A program made the translations under genes and the position numbers. The notes under the pieces are model-generated. The model worked only from the letters and a program-made list of their open reading frames with translations. It made no database searches and was not told the origin of the DNA. From positions 1,590,001 through 1,622,000 of the forward strand of contig NC_009483.1 in NCBI RefSeq assembly GCF_000016745.1: 32,000 nucleotides of DNA, written 5' to 3'. The DNA is from Geotalea uraniireducens Rf4. GTDB lineage: Bacteria > Desulfobacterota > Desulfuromonadia > Geobacterales > Geobacteraceae. Below are positions 21,696 through 31,178 of this stretch, piece by piece; positions within the stretch are counted from its first letter, which is position 1; each line of letters starts with the position of its first letter.

Positions 21696-24600
21696 CTATT
21701 TGCCGATTATTACTTCGCCGGTGTCGGTGATAAGCCTGCCGGGAAGCTCGAACACCCGCTTGAATATGTCGAAAACTCCTCTTGCCAGGGATTTCACCGG
21801 AATAGCGGTAACCTTCGGATCATCGGCCTTTCCTTTTGCCTCGAAATAAGCGGTTATAAGGGTTTTGTCCTTACCCGTAAGTATCCAGCCGACGATGGGG
21901 ATGTGACTTACCACTTTGTCAACGGTCTGCAGAGGTTGCACTCCTATGGTGGCATCAAGTTCTTCCTTTATCAGGTCGAGTTTGCCGACGGCGGAAATGT
22001 TCATGGCGTCACTGTCTATAAAAAGGTCTTTAGTGGAGATTACGCCATCGCGGATAGCTATGGAACCGGTTATTTCATTAAACGGCATGCCGCCGGAAAC
22101 CATATCGGGCAGTTGCAATTTCAGCAATTGAGAGACATTGAGAATGGAGAAGATTTTCGAGAGGGTCGAAAACTTGCGTAACGAGCCCTCTTCGATGGAG
22201 AGTTTTACGGAGCCGAGCGCTGTTTTTTTGATGTCGTCTCCTGTATTCCCCTTTGCCGTCAATTCTCCCTGCATGGTAAGTGTACCGGTGATTTCCTGCT
22301 TCTTTACGCCAACGGCCCGTGTGACCTTTTCGGCTGAAACCTTGTTCAGGTTAAAACTGACATGGTAGCGCGGGGCGCCGTTCGTGCCGAAATCGAACCG
22401 TCCCTTGCCCGATACATCCCCACCGAAAGCCGAAAACTCGACCGGTTGCAGATAGAGAATTTTATCATCAAGCATCGCCACGGTTTTTAAACGCTTGAAA
22501 TCCATATCCTTGAACTTTCCGGAACTTGCCAGGATTGTCGCCTTCAGCCCGATCCTCATTGGAGATTTATCCTTGATGTTCACCTGTTCCAGCTTCGACA
22601 AGAGAAGGATATCTTCTATTTCCAAATGGGGGGAGTTCACGGTGATGTCGATTTTTGGATTCTTAATGTCCTGGACAGTCCCTTTGATGTTTAACTGAGA
22701 ATTATTGATCTGTCCGGAAAGGGTTTTTATCTGGAGATTATTGTCCGTCAGAGAGATGTTGCCCTGCAACTTTTCAGTCCTGACTTCTTTTTGCGGGACG
22801 TGAAGTCCCAGATCGGAGAAATAGAGGGATGACGAGGCAAAGGTAATATTGAACGTCGGGTTTTTGAAGCCGGTTAATGAGCCCTTGCCGTAAATGGTCG
22901 AATTCCCGAGTTTCACCGAGAGTTGGGATGTTTCCAGCGAATCACCCTTGAAGCGGACTGCGCCGGTCATGTTGCTCACGGTCTTGACGGAATCGGACGG
23001 TTTGAACGAAAAACCGGAAAAGGAAACATCGCCTCCCCAGCGGAGATTTGTCAGGTCTTTATCGTTACTTTTAGCGTTGATGACGGCCTGGATTCTACCG
23101 GCTGGCTGGTATTGCCTGAAATAGGGGAGCATGGCGGCAACTTCGCCGAACTGAAACTGGTTCGTTTTGAGTTCCAGTTGCAAAAGGTTTTTGCCGGTGA
23201 AGCGGTAATCGGCGCTGGCGGTGAGTGCCAGCGGCGAGAGGTTGTAGACGAAAGAGGAAAGCCTCGCTTCCTGTTTGGTTATGCTCCCTTTGAAGGCCAG
23301 GGTGTTGTTCCGACCGGCCGGTTTGTTGATCAGGTCGGGAAAGCTGTATGAGGCAGAGGTCAGGTTCCAGTCGCCGGCAAGGTTGTAAGCGTGTGTAAAG
23401 CCGCTGCCGCTCAGGTGCAGGGTGGAATCTCCCGCAAACGCGAGTTTTTGCCCCTTTTCCCGTCCCAGAAGCCATGCCAGTTCCGCTTGCCGTGGCGCCA
23501 TTTTCATGGTGAAGGGATAGGACGATGGGGTGTCTAACGGATAGTCGGCGATTTTACCATCAAGCGTAAAGAATGATGAGCCGAAGTTTCCTGACATGTG
23601 CAGCAGGTTGAAATCCTTGCCGCGCATCTCCAGCTCGCCCTTGATGCCGTTGAAGGTCGGTACCTGCGCCCCGTAGGAGACGAGCCCTTTTTCAACTTTC
23701 CCCTTGATGAAGAGGACGTTGTAGTTCTGTCCGCGTTCCATGTGCAGTATCTGGCTTACCCGCCCATCGAGCCTGCCTTCGTCAAGCTTGTACGTGCCGC
23801 CTTTTATGTGCTGTTCTATGAAATCGGCCGGATCCTTGACGATTACACCGTACGGAATATATCCGCCAAACTCCTCCAGCCTGAACTGGGACGTTGAGGC
23901 ATGGGCAACAATGCGGGGGTCGCCGCTGTGTATGTCTTTGATTGCGCAGTTTCCCTTGACGTTCAGTCCGTCGACCGTCAGGTTGAGGGACTTCACCGAT
24001 ATATCCCGGTTAGTCAGCTCCATATCATAGCGGAAATGAAGATCCCTGGGGGCGAGAACGGCGTGAAAGACCTGTGGATAATCGAAGCGGAGGCCGGAGA
24101 TCTTCATCTCACCGTTTGATGTGAAAGCGAAAAAACTGCCGATAAAGTTTGTATCGATATCAAACCGTCCCAGAATTTTACGGAACGGAACATATTTGCT
24201 GTAATATGGCCAGAAGTGGGCGACATCAAGGTTTTTAGCGTCCAGCTTCATATTGAATGACGTTTCACTTAAAGGCTTGTCCTTGTCGGAAAGCTTTGCT
24301 GTGCCGGCGAGCGAAAACCTGTTTCCCTTGCTAAAACCGGCAATGGAAGCGGTTAATTTTACGTCGCAACTTTTGCTTCTGGCAAACTGACTGATGTTGA
24401 GGTCGGTATTTTCCAGAACGGTAGTTATACCCGCAGGGGTGATGGCCATGTCCTGGAAACGAATGGTCCCCTTTTTGAGTCGGATTCCCTTCAGATGCAG
24501 GGTTACGGCGGTTTTTTTCGCTTCCAGCAGGTCGCTTATGTTGGAAATGCCTTGATTGTCCCGGCTGAGCGCAATATCGGGGCGATCAAAAACCATTTCC

Positions 24601-24923
24601 TTGAGAGAAACCTTTTTTTCCAAAAGAGGCAGCAGGGCTATTTTAAAAGTGAGCCTCTTGGCGGTAACGAAATTTGTCAAGCCGTCCTTTTCCTTGACGA
24701 CGACGTTGGAAAAGGTGAAGGATGGGCCGAATTGCAGGGAGAACTCCCCCTTTTCATAGAAGACCCGGCGGTTAAGGGATTTTTCTATCTCAGCGAGGAT
24801 CTGCGTCTTATAGCTTTCCAGGTGGAAGAGTTTGTCGAGAAGGACAGTCACTCCGCCGCCGGCGACGAGAACGATGATGAGAATAGAAAGCAGGATTATG
24901 ATTTTTTTGCGCTGTATATGCAT
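21696..24923 (-). CDS. AsmA-family large envelope protein
   Basis: N-terminal membrane anchor KKIIILLSILIIVLVAGGG, then about 1050 aa of beta-rich repeats. The C-terminus (ITGSIAIRDGVISTKDL.IDSDAMNISAVGK.DL...LD) is typical of the AsmA/TamB-like C-terminal region. The start at M30 of the ORF-track protein is preferred. Confidence 0.75.
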   Translation of the reverse strand: MHIQRKKIIILLSILIIVLVAGGGVTVLLDKLFHLESYKTQILAEIEKSLNRRVFYEKGEFSLQFGPSFTFSNVVVKEKDGLTNFVTAKRLTFKIALLPLLEKKVSLKEMVFDRPDIALSRDNQGISNISDLLEAKKTAVTLHLKGIRLKKGTIRFQDMAITPAGITTVLENTDLNISQFARSKSCDVKLTASIAGFSKGNRFSLAGTAKLSDKDKPLSETSFNMKLDAKNLDVAHFWPYYSKYVPFRKILGRFDIDTNFIGSFFAFTSNGEMKISGLRFDYPQVFHAVLAPRDLHFRYDMELTNRDISVKSLNLTVDGLNVKGNCAIKDIHSGDPRIVAHASTSQFRLEEFGGYIPYGVIVKDPADFIEQHIKGGTYKLDEGRLDGRVSQILHMERGQNYNVLFIKGKVEKGLVSYGAQVPTFNGIKGELEMRGKDFNLLHMSGNFGSSFFTLDGKIADYPLDTPSSYPFTMKMAPRQAELAWLLGREKGQKLAFAGDSTLHLSGSGFTHAYNLAGDWNLTSASYSFPDLINKPAGRNNTLAFKGSITKQEARLSSFVYNLSPLALTASADYRFTGKNLLQLELKTNQFQFGEVAAMLPYFRQYQPAGRIQAVINAKSNDKDLTNLRWGGDVSFSGFSFKPSDSVKTVSNMTGAVRFKGDSLETSQLSVKLGNSTIYGKGSLTGFKNPTFNITFASSSLYFSDLGLHVPQKEVRTEKLQGNISLTDNNLQIKTLSGQINNSQLNIKGTVQDIKNPKIDITVNSPHLEIEDILLLSKLEQVNIKDKSPMRIGLKATILASSGKFKDMDFKRLKTVAMLDDKILYLQPVEFSAFGGDVSGKGRFDFGTNGAPRYHVSFNLNKVSAEKVTRAVGVKKQEITGTLTMQGELTAKGNTGDDIKKTALGSVKLSIEEGSLRKFSTLSKIFSILNVSQLLKLQLPDMVSGGMPFNEITGSIAIRDGVISTKDLFIDSDAMNISAVGKLDLIKEELDATIGVQPLQTVDKVVSHIPIVGWILTGKDKTLITAYFEAKGKADDPKVTAIPVKSLARGVFDIFKRVFELPGRLITDTGEVIIGK

Positions 24924-25169
24924 GGAATGATATCTGGTTGTTTTGGGCTCTTGCCGGATTAGTGGCGATCTTGAAGGAGTATACTCCTCCCACGACCCAG
25001 GTGCAAGCATGTCATGTGGTTTACTATCGGCGGTGCGGCAGGATAGGATTAGTTGAAATTAACTTGCGTGTGGCGATTTTGCTTTAAAGAAGCCGCAATG
25101 TGGGCCGATAAGAAGACTGTAAGCGCCGGTTTGCCCGGCACTGAACAGTTTGCAAGGAGGTTTTTCTGC

Positions 25170-25529
25170 ATGAAAAAAGTTTTGATCGTCGATGACAGTA
25201 TAGCGGTTGTACGCCAGCTCGAGAAAATCGTCAGCGGAACAGGCGAGTTTTCGGTGGTTGGCCATGCGAAGAATGGCGTTGAGGCCATCAAGATGAACCA
25301 GACAGAGCATCCTGACATCATCTGCATGGACATGAACATGCCCGGAATGGATGGGTTGACGGCGTTGCGCACATTGATGGCGCTTAATCCGGCCACAAAA
25401 GTGGTCATGGTGACATCGCTCGGCGGAGTTGGTGACAAATTCACCGAAGCCATGAAAATGGGCGCTCGCGCGGTGATTTCCAAGCCGTTTGAGGCTGAGC
25501 TGGTTTTGCAGGTACTTCGTACCCAATAG
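25170..25529 (+). CDS. cheY: CheY-like single-domain response regulator
   Basis: VLIVDDS, DIICMDMNMPGMDG, VVMVTS and KPF are the receiver-domain landmarks. AGGAGG lies 9 nt upstream of ATG 25170. Confidence 0.9.
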   Translation: MKKVLIVDDSIAVVRQLEKIVSGTGEFSVVGHAKNGVEAIKMNQTEHPDIICMDMNMPGMDGLTALRTLMALNPATKVVMVTSLGGVGDKFTEAMKMGARAVISKPFEAELVLQVLRTQ

Positions 25530-25574
25530 ATCGATAGGTTGTTACTATTATTTATTAAACGTGAGAGGTCATCT

Positions 25575-26441
25575 ATGGCAGTGAAATTTTTCGGCCAGTT
25601 TCTTATTGAGAAAGAAATTGTTTCAAGAGAAGTCCTTTTGAAGGCGGTTGAGTTGCAGGAGGAGGTTAATCTCAAATTCGGCGAAATGGCACTGGACATG
25701 GAACTTATTACCGTCGCGGATGTGGGGCGGATCCATGATGCGCAACGCTCGGAAGACCTGATGTTTGGCGACATGGCCGTGAAGCTTGGGATTCTGACGG
25801 ATGACCAGATAAAGCAGGTCCTGATCAGGCAGAAGAATTCACACCTCTATATCGGCGAGGCGCTGGTGCAGGTCGGTGCACTGAACACCGAGGAACTACA
25901 GCGTTATCTGGAAGAATTCAAGGCGGACCAGGCTCCTTATGCCACAACTAAGGTGTTCATACCCGATGGGGTGCCACATTCCGATATCTGGGAAATGTCG
26001 GCCGACCTGTCCGGCAAGATGATATCGAGGATTGTGAATCTGCCGTGTCGTCTGGGAGAATGCCGGAAAACGGAGAGGATTGAAACTAACGATATTGTCG
26101 CTGCCATGGATTTTCGTGGCGACATAAATGCGCATTATCTCCTTTCCGTTTCATTTGCTGTACAGAAAAAGATTGCGCTGGCCATCCTGAAAGAAGAGAC
26201 GGTTGAGAATGAACCGCAGGAAGTGCTGGATGATGCCGTTATGGAGTTGGTGAACATCATTTGCGGCAATATCGCCGCGAAAGCTGCGCAGCGGGGCAAA
26301 TGCACGGAGATCGAACCGCCGCTTGTTTTTCACCCCGGTCCGGGTGGGATCGAAGTGCCGTCGGGGGAACAAGGGATTGTTTTTCCGATTCACCTGGCAG
26401 ACGCGGAACTGGTGGAGCTGGCTATCTTCATAAAAGACTGA
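25575..26441 (+). CDS. CheX/CheC-like phosphatase domain protein with three N-terminal T2SSE_N/MshEN-like helical repeats
   Basis: The C-terminal half carries VMELVNIICGNIAAKAA (CheX-type E..N...G). The N-terminal half has three repeats with spacing G-x2-hh-x2-G/E-hh-x4-h-x2-hh-x2-Q/F. Confidence 0.65.
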   Translation: MAVKFFGQFLIEKEIVSREVLLKAVELQEEVNLKFGEMALDMELITVADVGRIHDAQRSEDLMFGDMAVKLGILTDDQIKQVLIRQKNSHLYIGEALVQVGALNTEELQRYLEEFKADQAPYATTKVFIPDGVPHSDIWEMSADLSGKMISRIVNLPCRLGECRKTERIETNDIVAAMDFRGDINAHYLLSVSFAVQKKIALAILKEETVENEPQEVLDDAVMELVNIICGNIAAKAAQRGKCTEIEPPLVFHPGPGGIEVPSGEQGIVFPIHLADAELVELAIFIKD

Positions 26442-26473
26442 ATGGACAAAACGAATCGCTATAGTTTGCTAAA

Positions 26474-26502
26474 GAAGGGGCAACTACAATAGTTGTCCCT
26501 TC
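26474..26502. terminator. Hairpin between convergent genes (probable bidirectional terminator)
   Basis: GAAGGGGCAACTA-caa-TAGTTGTCCCTTC pairs at 12 of 13 positions. The T/A runs are weak. Confidence 0.45.
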
Positions 26503-26503
26503 T

Positions 26504-28744
26504 TCATACCAATGTTCCGCTGACCGGCAGCTCAATAACGAAGATGGTTCCCTTGGGTTGGTTGTCTTTCGATCTGATGAAACCGTGGTGGTCGGAGATG
26601 ATGGTGTTGACGATGGCGAGCCCCAGGCCGGTACCGGATTTTTTAGTGGAGAAGTACGGTTCGAACAGTCTGGGCCGGTCTTCGGCTGCTATGCCGTGGC
26701 CTGTGTCGGCAACGGTAACGGTCGCCATTTTCAATTCTTGATTATAACAGCTCTCAATGATGATGCTCCCATAGCCGTCAATGGCTGCAACGGCATTGTC
26801 CAGGAGATTGATCAGCACTCTTTTGATCTGGTCGCGGTCCAGCAGGAACAGGGGTATTGATTCGTCGGTGCGGATGGTAAAGGTTATGTTGCGGTGGGCT
26901 TCCTGGTAAAGGGGGAGGGCTTCCCGCAGGACTTCGTTAAGGTTGTTGGGGGTCGGCAGTGCAGCCGGCATCCTCGCGAAGTTTGAGAATTCATCCACCA
27001 GGGTTTTCAGTTCGTCCACTGATTTGATGATCATGCCCGTACATTCGTCGAAGACCTTTTCCTCCCCTTCGAACCGTGAAAGATAGCGTTTCCTCAGGCG
27101 CTGGGCCGACAATTGGATCGGTGTCAAAGGGTTCTTTATCTCGTGGGCTATGCGCCGTGCCACCTCACGCCAGGCAGCCATGCGCTGTGCCTTGATCAGT
27201 TGGGTCAGGTCGTCGAACACCACCACCGTGCCCATGAACTCGTCGTTTTCGTCTTTCAATACGGTCAGGTTTACGAGAAGGGTCAGCTTGGTGCCCTTCA
27301 GGGGAATGGTCACCTGTTTGCTGACCGTATCGTGCTGCGCCAGAACCATGTCGCGCAGCATCCCTTTGACTATGTCCAGGTGGTCCGGCTGCAAAACCTC
27401 GCGAAAGTTCTTTCCGGTCACTTTCTGGGTGTCGATGTTCAATAACCGCTCGGCCGACTTATTAACCGTGGTCAGTATACCATCCCTATCCACCGAGATG
27501 ACGCCGGCGGTGACATTTTTCAGGACGGTTTCCATGTAGCGGCGTCTCTGTTCCAGTTCCATGTTGCTTCTGCTTACCTCTTCGTTGGTCTTTTTCAGGG
27601 CAAGCTGATTGTTTCGCAGGTCTTCCGTCATCTTGTTGAATGATGCAATCAGCATCCCTATCTCATCGGTCCCCTTTTCCCCCAGGTGAACTTCCAGGTT
27701 CCCTTCCGCAACCTGCCGCGTTGCTTCGGCAAGTTCCTGGATGGGGATGGTAAGGCTCTTTGCCAGGTAAACACCAAACCATACGGCAAGAAAGACGATC
27801 ACCATGGTTATGAGAAACAGGGTGAGGATATAGCCGGTAGTGATGGGGTTCTTCATAATCTTCAACTGGCGGAACTCATGATATGATGCGGATATCTCCT
27901 TCATCTTGCTTACCAGCGAGTAAGGGACATAGTAGTTTACCACCACGACACCGACCACATCTTTTGCATTCCAGTTGGAATAGACCGGAACAATGCCGCG
28001 GATAAGATCGGCCTTGCCGATGGAGTTCACCTTGGTGAGTTGTTTTCCGAGCAACCCGACCTTGATGTCTTCCGATGACGGATTGGTGAACTCTCCCCGC
28101 GGCAGCTTCGGGTTGGCAGCCCTGACCAGCTCTTCCCGCTGGGATGAATACACCTCCACAACACCCAGGTTGTATTCTTTCTGTTTCTGGCGGATTACGC
28201 TCTTCAGGCGCGGAAGGTTTTCCTCGTTCAACAGCTTTTGTTCTTTGATGATGGCGCTTATCTGCTCGCCGTAATAGATGGCGTTGGCTGCGGAGCTTTT
28301 GTAGTAGGTCTGGGCGACTTCCATGGATTCATCGAGAGATGTTTCCACCTGTTTGTTGAACCAGTTCTGGATGCTGTTGGTTATGAAGCCAGCCGAAACA
28401 AAGAAGAGGAGCATGGTCGGCACCAGGGAGAGGCCTACAAAGGCCAGAACAAGCTTGGTGCGGAGTTTGGCGCCGATGGCGTTTTGCCGCCGTTCCAGCA
28501 TGAGCTTGGCGACGTTCCTGAAAACCAGGTAAATGAGGAGGATGATGAGCAGAATGATGACGTTGATTATGCCGAAGATAATGATGTTGTTGCCCATCGG
28601 CACTTCGGAGCTCAGCTTCGAGAGATGAATCTCCGTAGAGGTGAGAAAAATGATCAACAGGAGAGAAAACGCGACAATAAATCCTTCGCGTTTTCTTTTG
28701 CGCAACTCTTCCGGCGGCAGGCCTTTGTTTGTTTCTGTTTTCAC
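26504..28744 (-). CDS. NtrY-like sensor histidine kinase (TM-HAMP-PAS-HisKA-HATPase)
   Basis: Multiple N-terminal TM helices. HAMP is LTIPIQELAEATRQVAEGNL...IASFNKMTEDL. A PAS domain follows. The H-box is HEIKNPLTPIQLSAQRL. The N and G boxes are LLDNAV, DTGHGI and GTGLGLAIV. The start is GTG. Confidence 0.9.
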   Translation of the reverse strand: MKTETNKGLPPEELRKRKREGFIVAFSLLLIIFLTSTEIHLSKLSSEVPMGNNIIIFGIINVIILLIILLIYLVFRNVAKLMLERRQNAIGAKLRTKLVLAFVGLSLVPTMLLFFVSAGFITNSIQNWFNKQVETSLDESMEVAQTYYKSSAANAIYYGEQISAIIKEQKLLNEENLPRLKSVIRQKQKEYNLGVVEVYSSQREELVRAANPKLPRGEFTNPSSEDIKVGLLGKQLTKVNSIGKADLIRGIVPVYSNWNAKDVVGVVVVNYYVPYSLVSKMKEISASYHEFRQLKIMKNPITTGYILTLFLITMVIVFLAVWFGVYLAKSLTIPIQELAEATRQVAEGNLEVHLGEKGTDEIGMLIASFNKMTEDLRNNQLALKKTNEEVSRSNMELEQRRRYMETVLKNVTAGVISVDRDGILTTVNKSAERLLNIDTQKVTGKNFREVLQPDHLDIVKGMLRDMVLAQHDTVSKQVTIPLKGTKLTLLVNLTVLKDENDEFMGTVVVFDDLTQLIKAQRMAAWREVARRIAHEIKNPLTPIQLSAQRLRKRYLSRFEGEEKVFDECTGMIIKSVDELKTLVDEFSNFARMPAALPTPNNLNEVLREALPLYQEAHRNITFTIRTDESIPLFLLDRDQIKRVLINLLDNAVAAIDGYGSIIIESCYNQELKMATVTVADTGHGIAAEDRPRLFEPYFSTKKSGTGLGLAIVNTIISDHHGFIRSKDNQPKGTIFVIELPVSGTLV

Positions 28745-28914
28745 TCGTTTCCCTTGGTTGCGATAAATGCAGAGCTAACATTATCTGAATTAGATGTTTA
28801 TTTCAAGGTGTTATCGGCGCCGCACAAGGACGGCGCCGCGACCGGTCACTGCAGTCAGGTACGAAACAGCTCCTTACAATATCCGTTTTGCAGCCTACGC
28901 TTGCGAAATATTTT

Positions 28915-29316
28915 CTAGCCTTTCCTGTCACACATAAGTTCGTTTCGTTCGTCGTGATAGAGGCTGCACTGGCATTCCATGGCCTTCCGTAAAGCGGTGC
29001 GGGAACGATGGAGTCTGATCTTGACAGTATCGAAGCTGATATTGAGTATGTCGGCAATCTCTTGGTTAGCAAGCTCTTCGAATTCGCTGAGGAGCAAGAC
29101 GGTACGATAGTTTTCGGGTAACTGGTCAACAACACCACGGATGCAGGCGTTCATTTCTCTATGGATATATTCCAGTTCCGTTCCTGAATAATTGGTATCA
29201 GGGAAATCGTCTAACGAACCATCTTCGTCGACCAAATACTCTTTCCCCTTTTGACGGGCCAGGGACGAAAGGGCATGGTCGCGGGCAGTGTTAGATAAAT
29301 TAGTTGCATTTTGCAA
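28915..29316 (-). CDS. ECF-type sigma factor lacking most of region 2 (possibly a truncated gene), with a Cys-containing C-terminal tail
   Basis: Region 4 is LPENYRTVLLLSEFEELANQEIADILNISFDTVKIRLHRSRTALRK. Only the end of region 2.4 is present (LSNTARDHALSSLARQK). The start is TTG, and an in-frame TGA 15 nt upstream of it closes the frame. The tail is ECQCSLYHDERNELMC. Confidence 0.55.
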   Translation of the reverse strand: MQNATNLSNTARDHALSSLARQKGKEYLVDEDGSLDDFPDTNYSGTELEYIHREMNACIRGVVDQLPENYRTVLLLSEFEELANQEIADILNISFDTVKIRLHRSRTALRKAMECQCSLYHDERNELMCDRKG

Positions 29317-29352
29317 ACAAAAAAGGTAGATTCATCCGAAGGAGACAACATC

Positions 29353-29817
29353 ATGGATTCAATCCGGGAGCAGTTGCAGATATTTACCCGTCGTTTCGAC
29401 TCGCTGAACTCATCCTGCTGCGACGAGTGCTGCGGACAGCAGGTCTCCATGGTCCAGAGCCATATCCTCTTCGAGCTGCGGAAAGCCGGCACCCCCTCCA
29501 TGCAGCAGGTAGCGGAGGAACTGATCATGGATGTGACCACCTTCAGCCGCCAGGCCAAGACCCTTGAAAAGAAGGGGCTCATATCCAGGAGTGTGTCACC
29601 GGACGACCGGCGTGTGATCCTGCTTGCTCTGACCGATGAAGGGCTTCGTGTGTTACGCCAGATCGACCTTTATATGGCAGACAGGATCGAACGGATATTC
29701 TCCTCCATGACCCCTTTCGAGCGGGAGACCGTAATCAGATCGCTCAGACTTCTGAACGATGCAGTGATCAAAGCCAGCTGTTCTCAACATCCAGATACCA
29801 TTGCATGTTGCAACTAA
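29353..29817 (+). CDS. MarR-family transcriptional regulator with Cys-rich termini
   Basis: The winged helix is SMQQVAEELIMDVTTFSRQAKTLEKKGLISR...DRRVILLALTDEG. The N-terminus has SSCCDECCG and the C-terminus has IACCN. AGGAGA lies upstream of ATG 29353. Confidence 0.85.
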   Translation: MDSIREQLQIFTRRFDSLNSSCCDECCGQQVSMVQSHILFELRKAGTPSMQQVAEELIMDVTTFSRQAKTLEKKGLISRSVSPDDRRVILLALTDEGLRVLRQIDLYMADRIERIFSSMTPFERETVIRSLRLLNDAVIKASCSQHPDTIACCN

Positions 29818-30204
29818 TTTGTCCGCGACCACTCACCGGCTCGGTAGGGAAATCAACTCGTAACGATGCTTCGCGACTTAGCCGAAACTAGTGCTGTCCA
29901 GGTGGACGCCACCCAACAGGCGTTTACGGCGGCCTTGGTCTTACGGCCTTCGACCTGCCCCTCGCCGGACTGCCATCGTCAACCTCCCCCCCCTTCCTCC
30001 ACCAGAGCTTTCGCGGTGGGTTAGCGGCTTTCCGCCTCGAATATACCAAGCTCCATTCCACGAGACCATGACCAAATCCGAAGTCGGCAGCCTTCTCAAA
30101 CCGGGAATCGGTACATGAAATGCGCTAAGGGAGGATAAAACCTTTTTTGGCTGTATCCTTTTTCTCCGGTTCCCGTCTATAGAGATGGAAAGGAGGTGAA
30201 GCTC

Positions 30205-30468
30205 ATGTTCGGATGTGAACACGGATGCGCAGGTTTCTGGTGGATAGGTCCAATCTTTCTATTGCTCTTGATTATCGGCTGCATCTTCATTATGCGCGGC
30301 TGCTCTTGCATGCCGGGCCGGCATTCCCCAGATGGGAAGACCCACCGCTTCTCGGACAACTCGGCAATGGAAATACTTGATAAACGGTATGCCCTTGGGG
30401 AAATAGATCGAAAAGAATACGAGGAAATGAAGAACAAGGTAACCGAGGATGGGAAAAAAGGCTCTTAA
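30205..30468 (+). CDS. SHOCT-domain membrane protein
   Basis: One TM helix (FWWIGPIFLLLLIIGCIFIM). The C-terminus AMEILDKRYALGEIDRKEYEEMK is the SHOCT signature. AGGAGG lies 8 nt upstream of ATG 30205. Confidence 0.75.
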   Translation: MFGCEHGCAGFWWIGPIFLLLLIIGCIFIMRGCSCMPGRHSPDGKTHRFSDNSAMEILDKRYALGEIDRKEYEEMKNKVTEDGKKGS

Positions 30469-30503
30469 CGGAGAATATGGAGTCGCGCAGGAAAGGAGTT
30501 CTT

Positions 30504-30683
30504 ATGAAAAAAGTGAAATCACTTTCTGAAAAGTTGAAAGCTTCAATTTGCCATAATTGCCCGCTGTGCAGGCATGCAAGGAGCCATCCCGAATCGTTCA
30601 TCGGAAAAATCGTTCATAGTAAGCATGCCAAAGACTGCCCGATGTGGAAAGCGGAACAAGAAGTATTTGGAAAGGAACCTTAG
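30504..30683 (+). CDS. Small Cys/His-rich hypothetical protein (59 aa)
   Basis: AAGGAG lies 7 nt upstream of ATG 30504. The motifs are CHNCPLCRH and DCPMW. I recognise no family. Confidence 0.4.
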   Translation: MKKVKSLSEKLKASICHNCPLCRHARSHPESFIGKIVHSKHAKDCPMWKAEQEVFGKEP

Positions 30684-30765
30684 TGATGCCGGTCTTCAGA
30701 CGGCAAGAGGAAAAGATAATAGCATAATCATAGATTAGATCAAAACAACCATAAAGGAGTCCCCA

Positions 30766-31050
30766 ATGTCCATCCTGAACAATCGTGAACGCGAACTAGT
30801 CGCCATAGGCGCTGCACTGGGAAGCAATTGTGTCCCCTGCATCGAATACCATATCCAGCAGGCCCGCAAAACCGGCCTCTCAGATGCGGAAATTGCCGAG
30901 GCGATTGAATTCGCCGATAAAATCAAGCGCGTACCAGCAGAAAAAGTGCTGGAGGCAGCTTCACGCAGGCTTTCAGCGCCGATCGACGAACAGGCAGCAG
31001 CGCCAGGTGCATGCTGCACGCCAGCGACAGCTGCCAAGTCATGTTGTTGA
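30766..31050 (+). CDS. Carboxymuconolactone decarboxylase / AhpD-like family protein with a Cys-rich C-terminal tail
   Basis: RELVAIGAALGSNCVPCIEYHI..A...G....EI.EAI is the AhpD-like CxxC core. The tail is GACCTPATAAKSCC. Confidence 0.85.
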   Translation: MSILNNRERELVAIGAALGSNCVPCIEYHIQQARKTGLSDAEIAEAIEFADKIKRVPAEKVLEAASRRLSAPIDEQAAAPGACCTPATAAKSCC

Positions 31051-31178
31051 CAAGCGTTATAGAGCGTCAGACTTCGACTATGGTCTTCGTACCCCCCCGG
31101 CTCTGCCGGGGGACTCACAACGTTTTTGAAAGCCACAACCTCTGGTGGGGGATTATATGTTATTTGCAGAACGATATA

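Noticed and set aside
25049-25774. 241-aa minus-strand ORF overlapping cheY and the CheX-like gene
   Set aside because: It is antisense to two recognisable chemotaxis genes that have good SDs. Its product is Ser/Thr/Asn-rich with no domain signature.
28814-28836. Hairpin GGCGCCG-cacaagga-CGGCGCC as a terminator between the sigma fragment and the kinase gene
   Set aside because: The stem has only 7 bp and neither strand has a flanking T-tract. That is too weak to call. I also found no sigma54-type GG-N10-GC promoter in this spacer.
28238-28918. 226-aa plus-strand ORF
   Set aside because: It is antisense to the N-terminal membrane region of the NtrY-like kinase and is a shadow frame.
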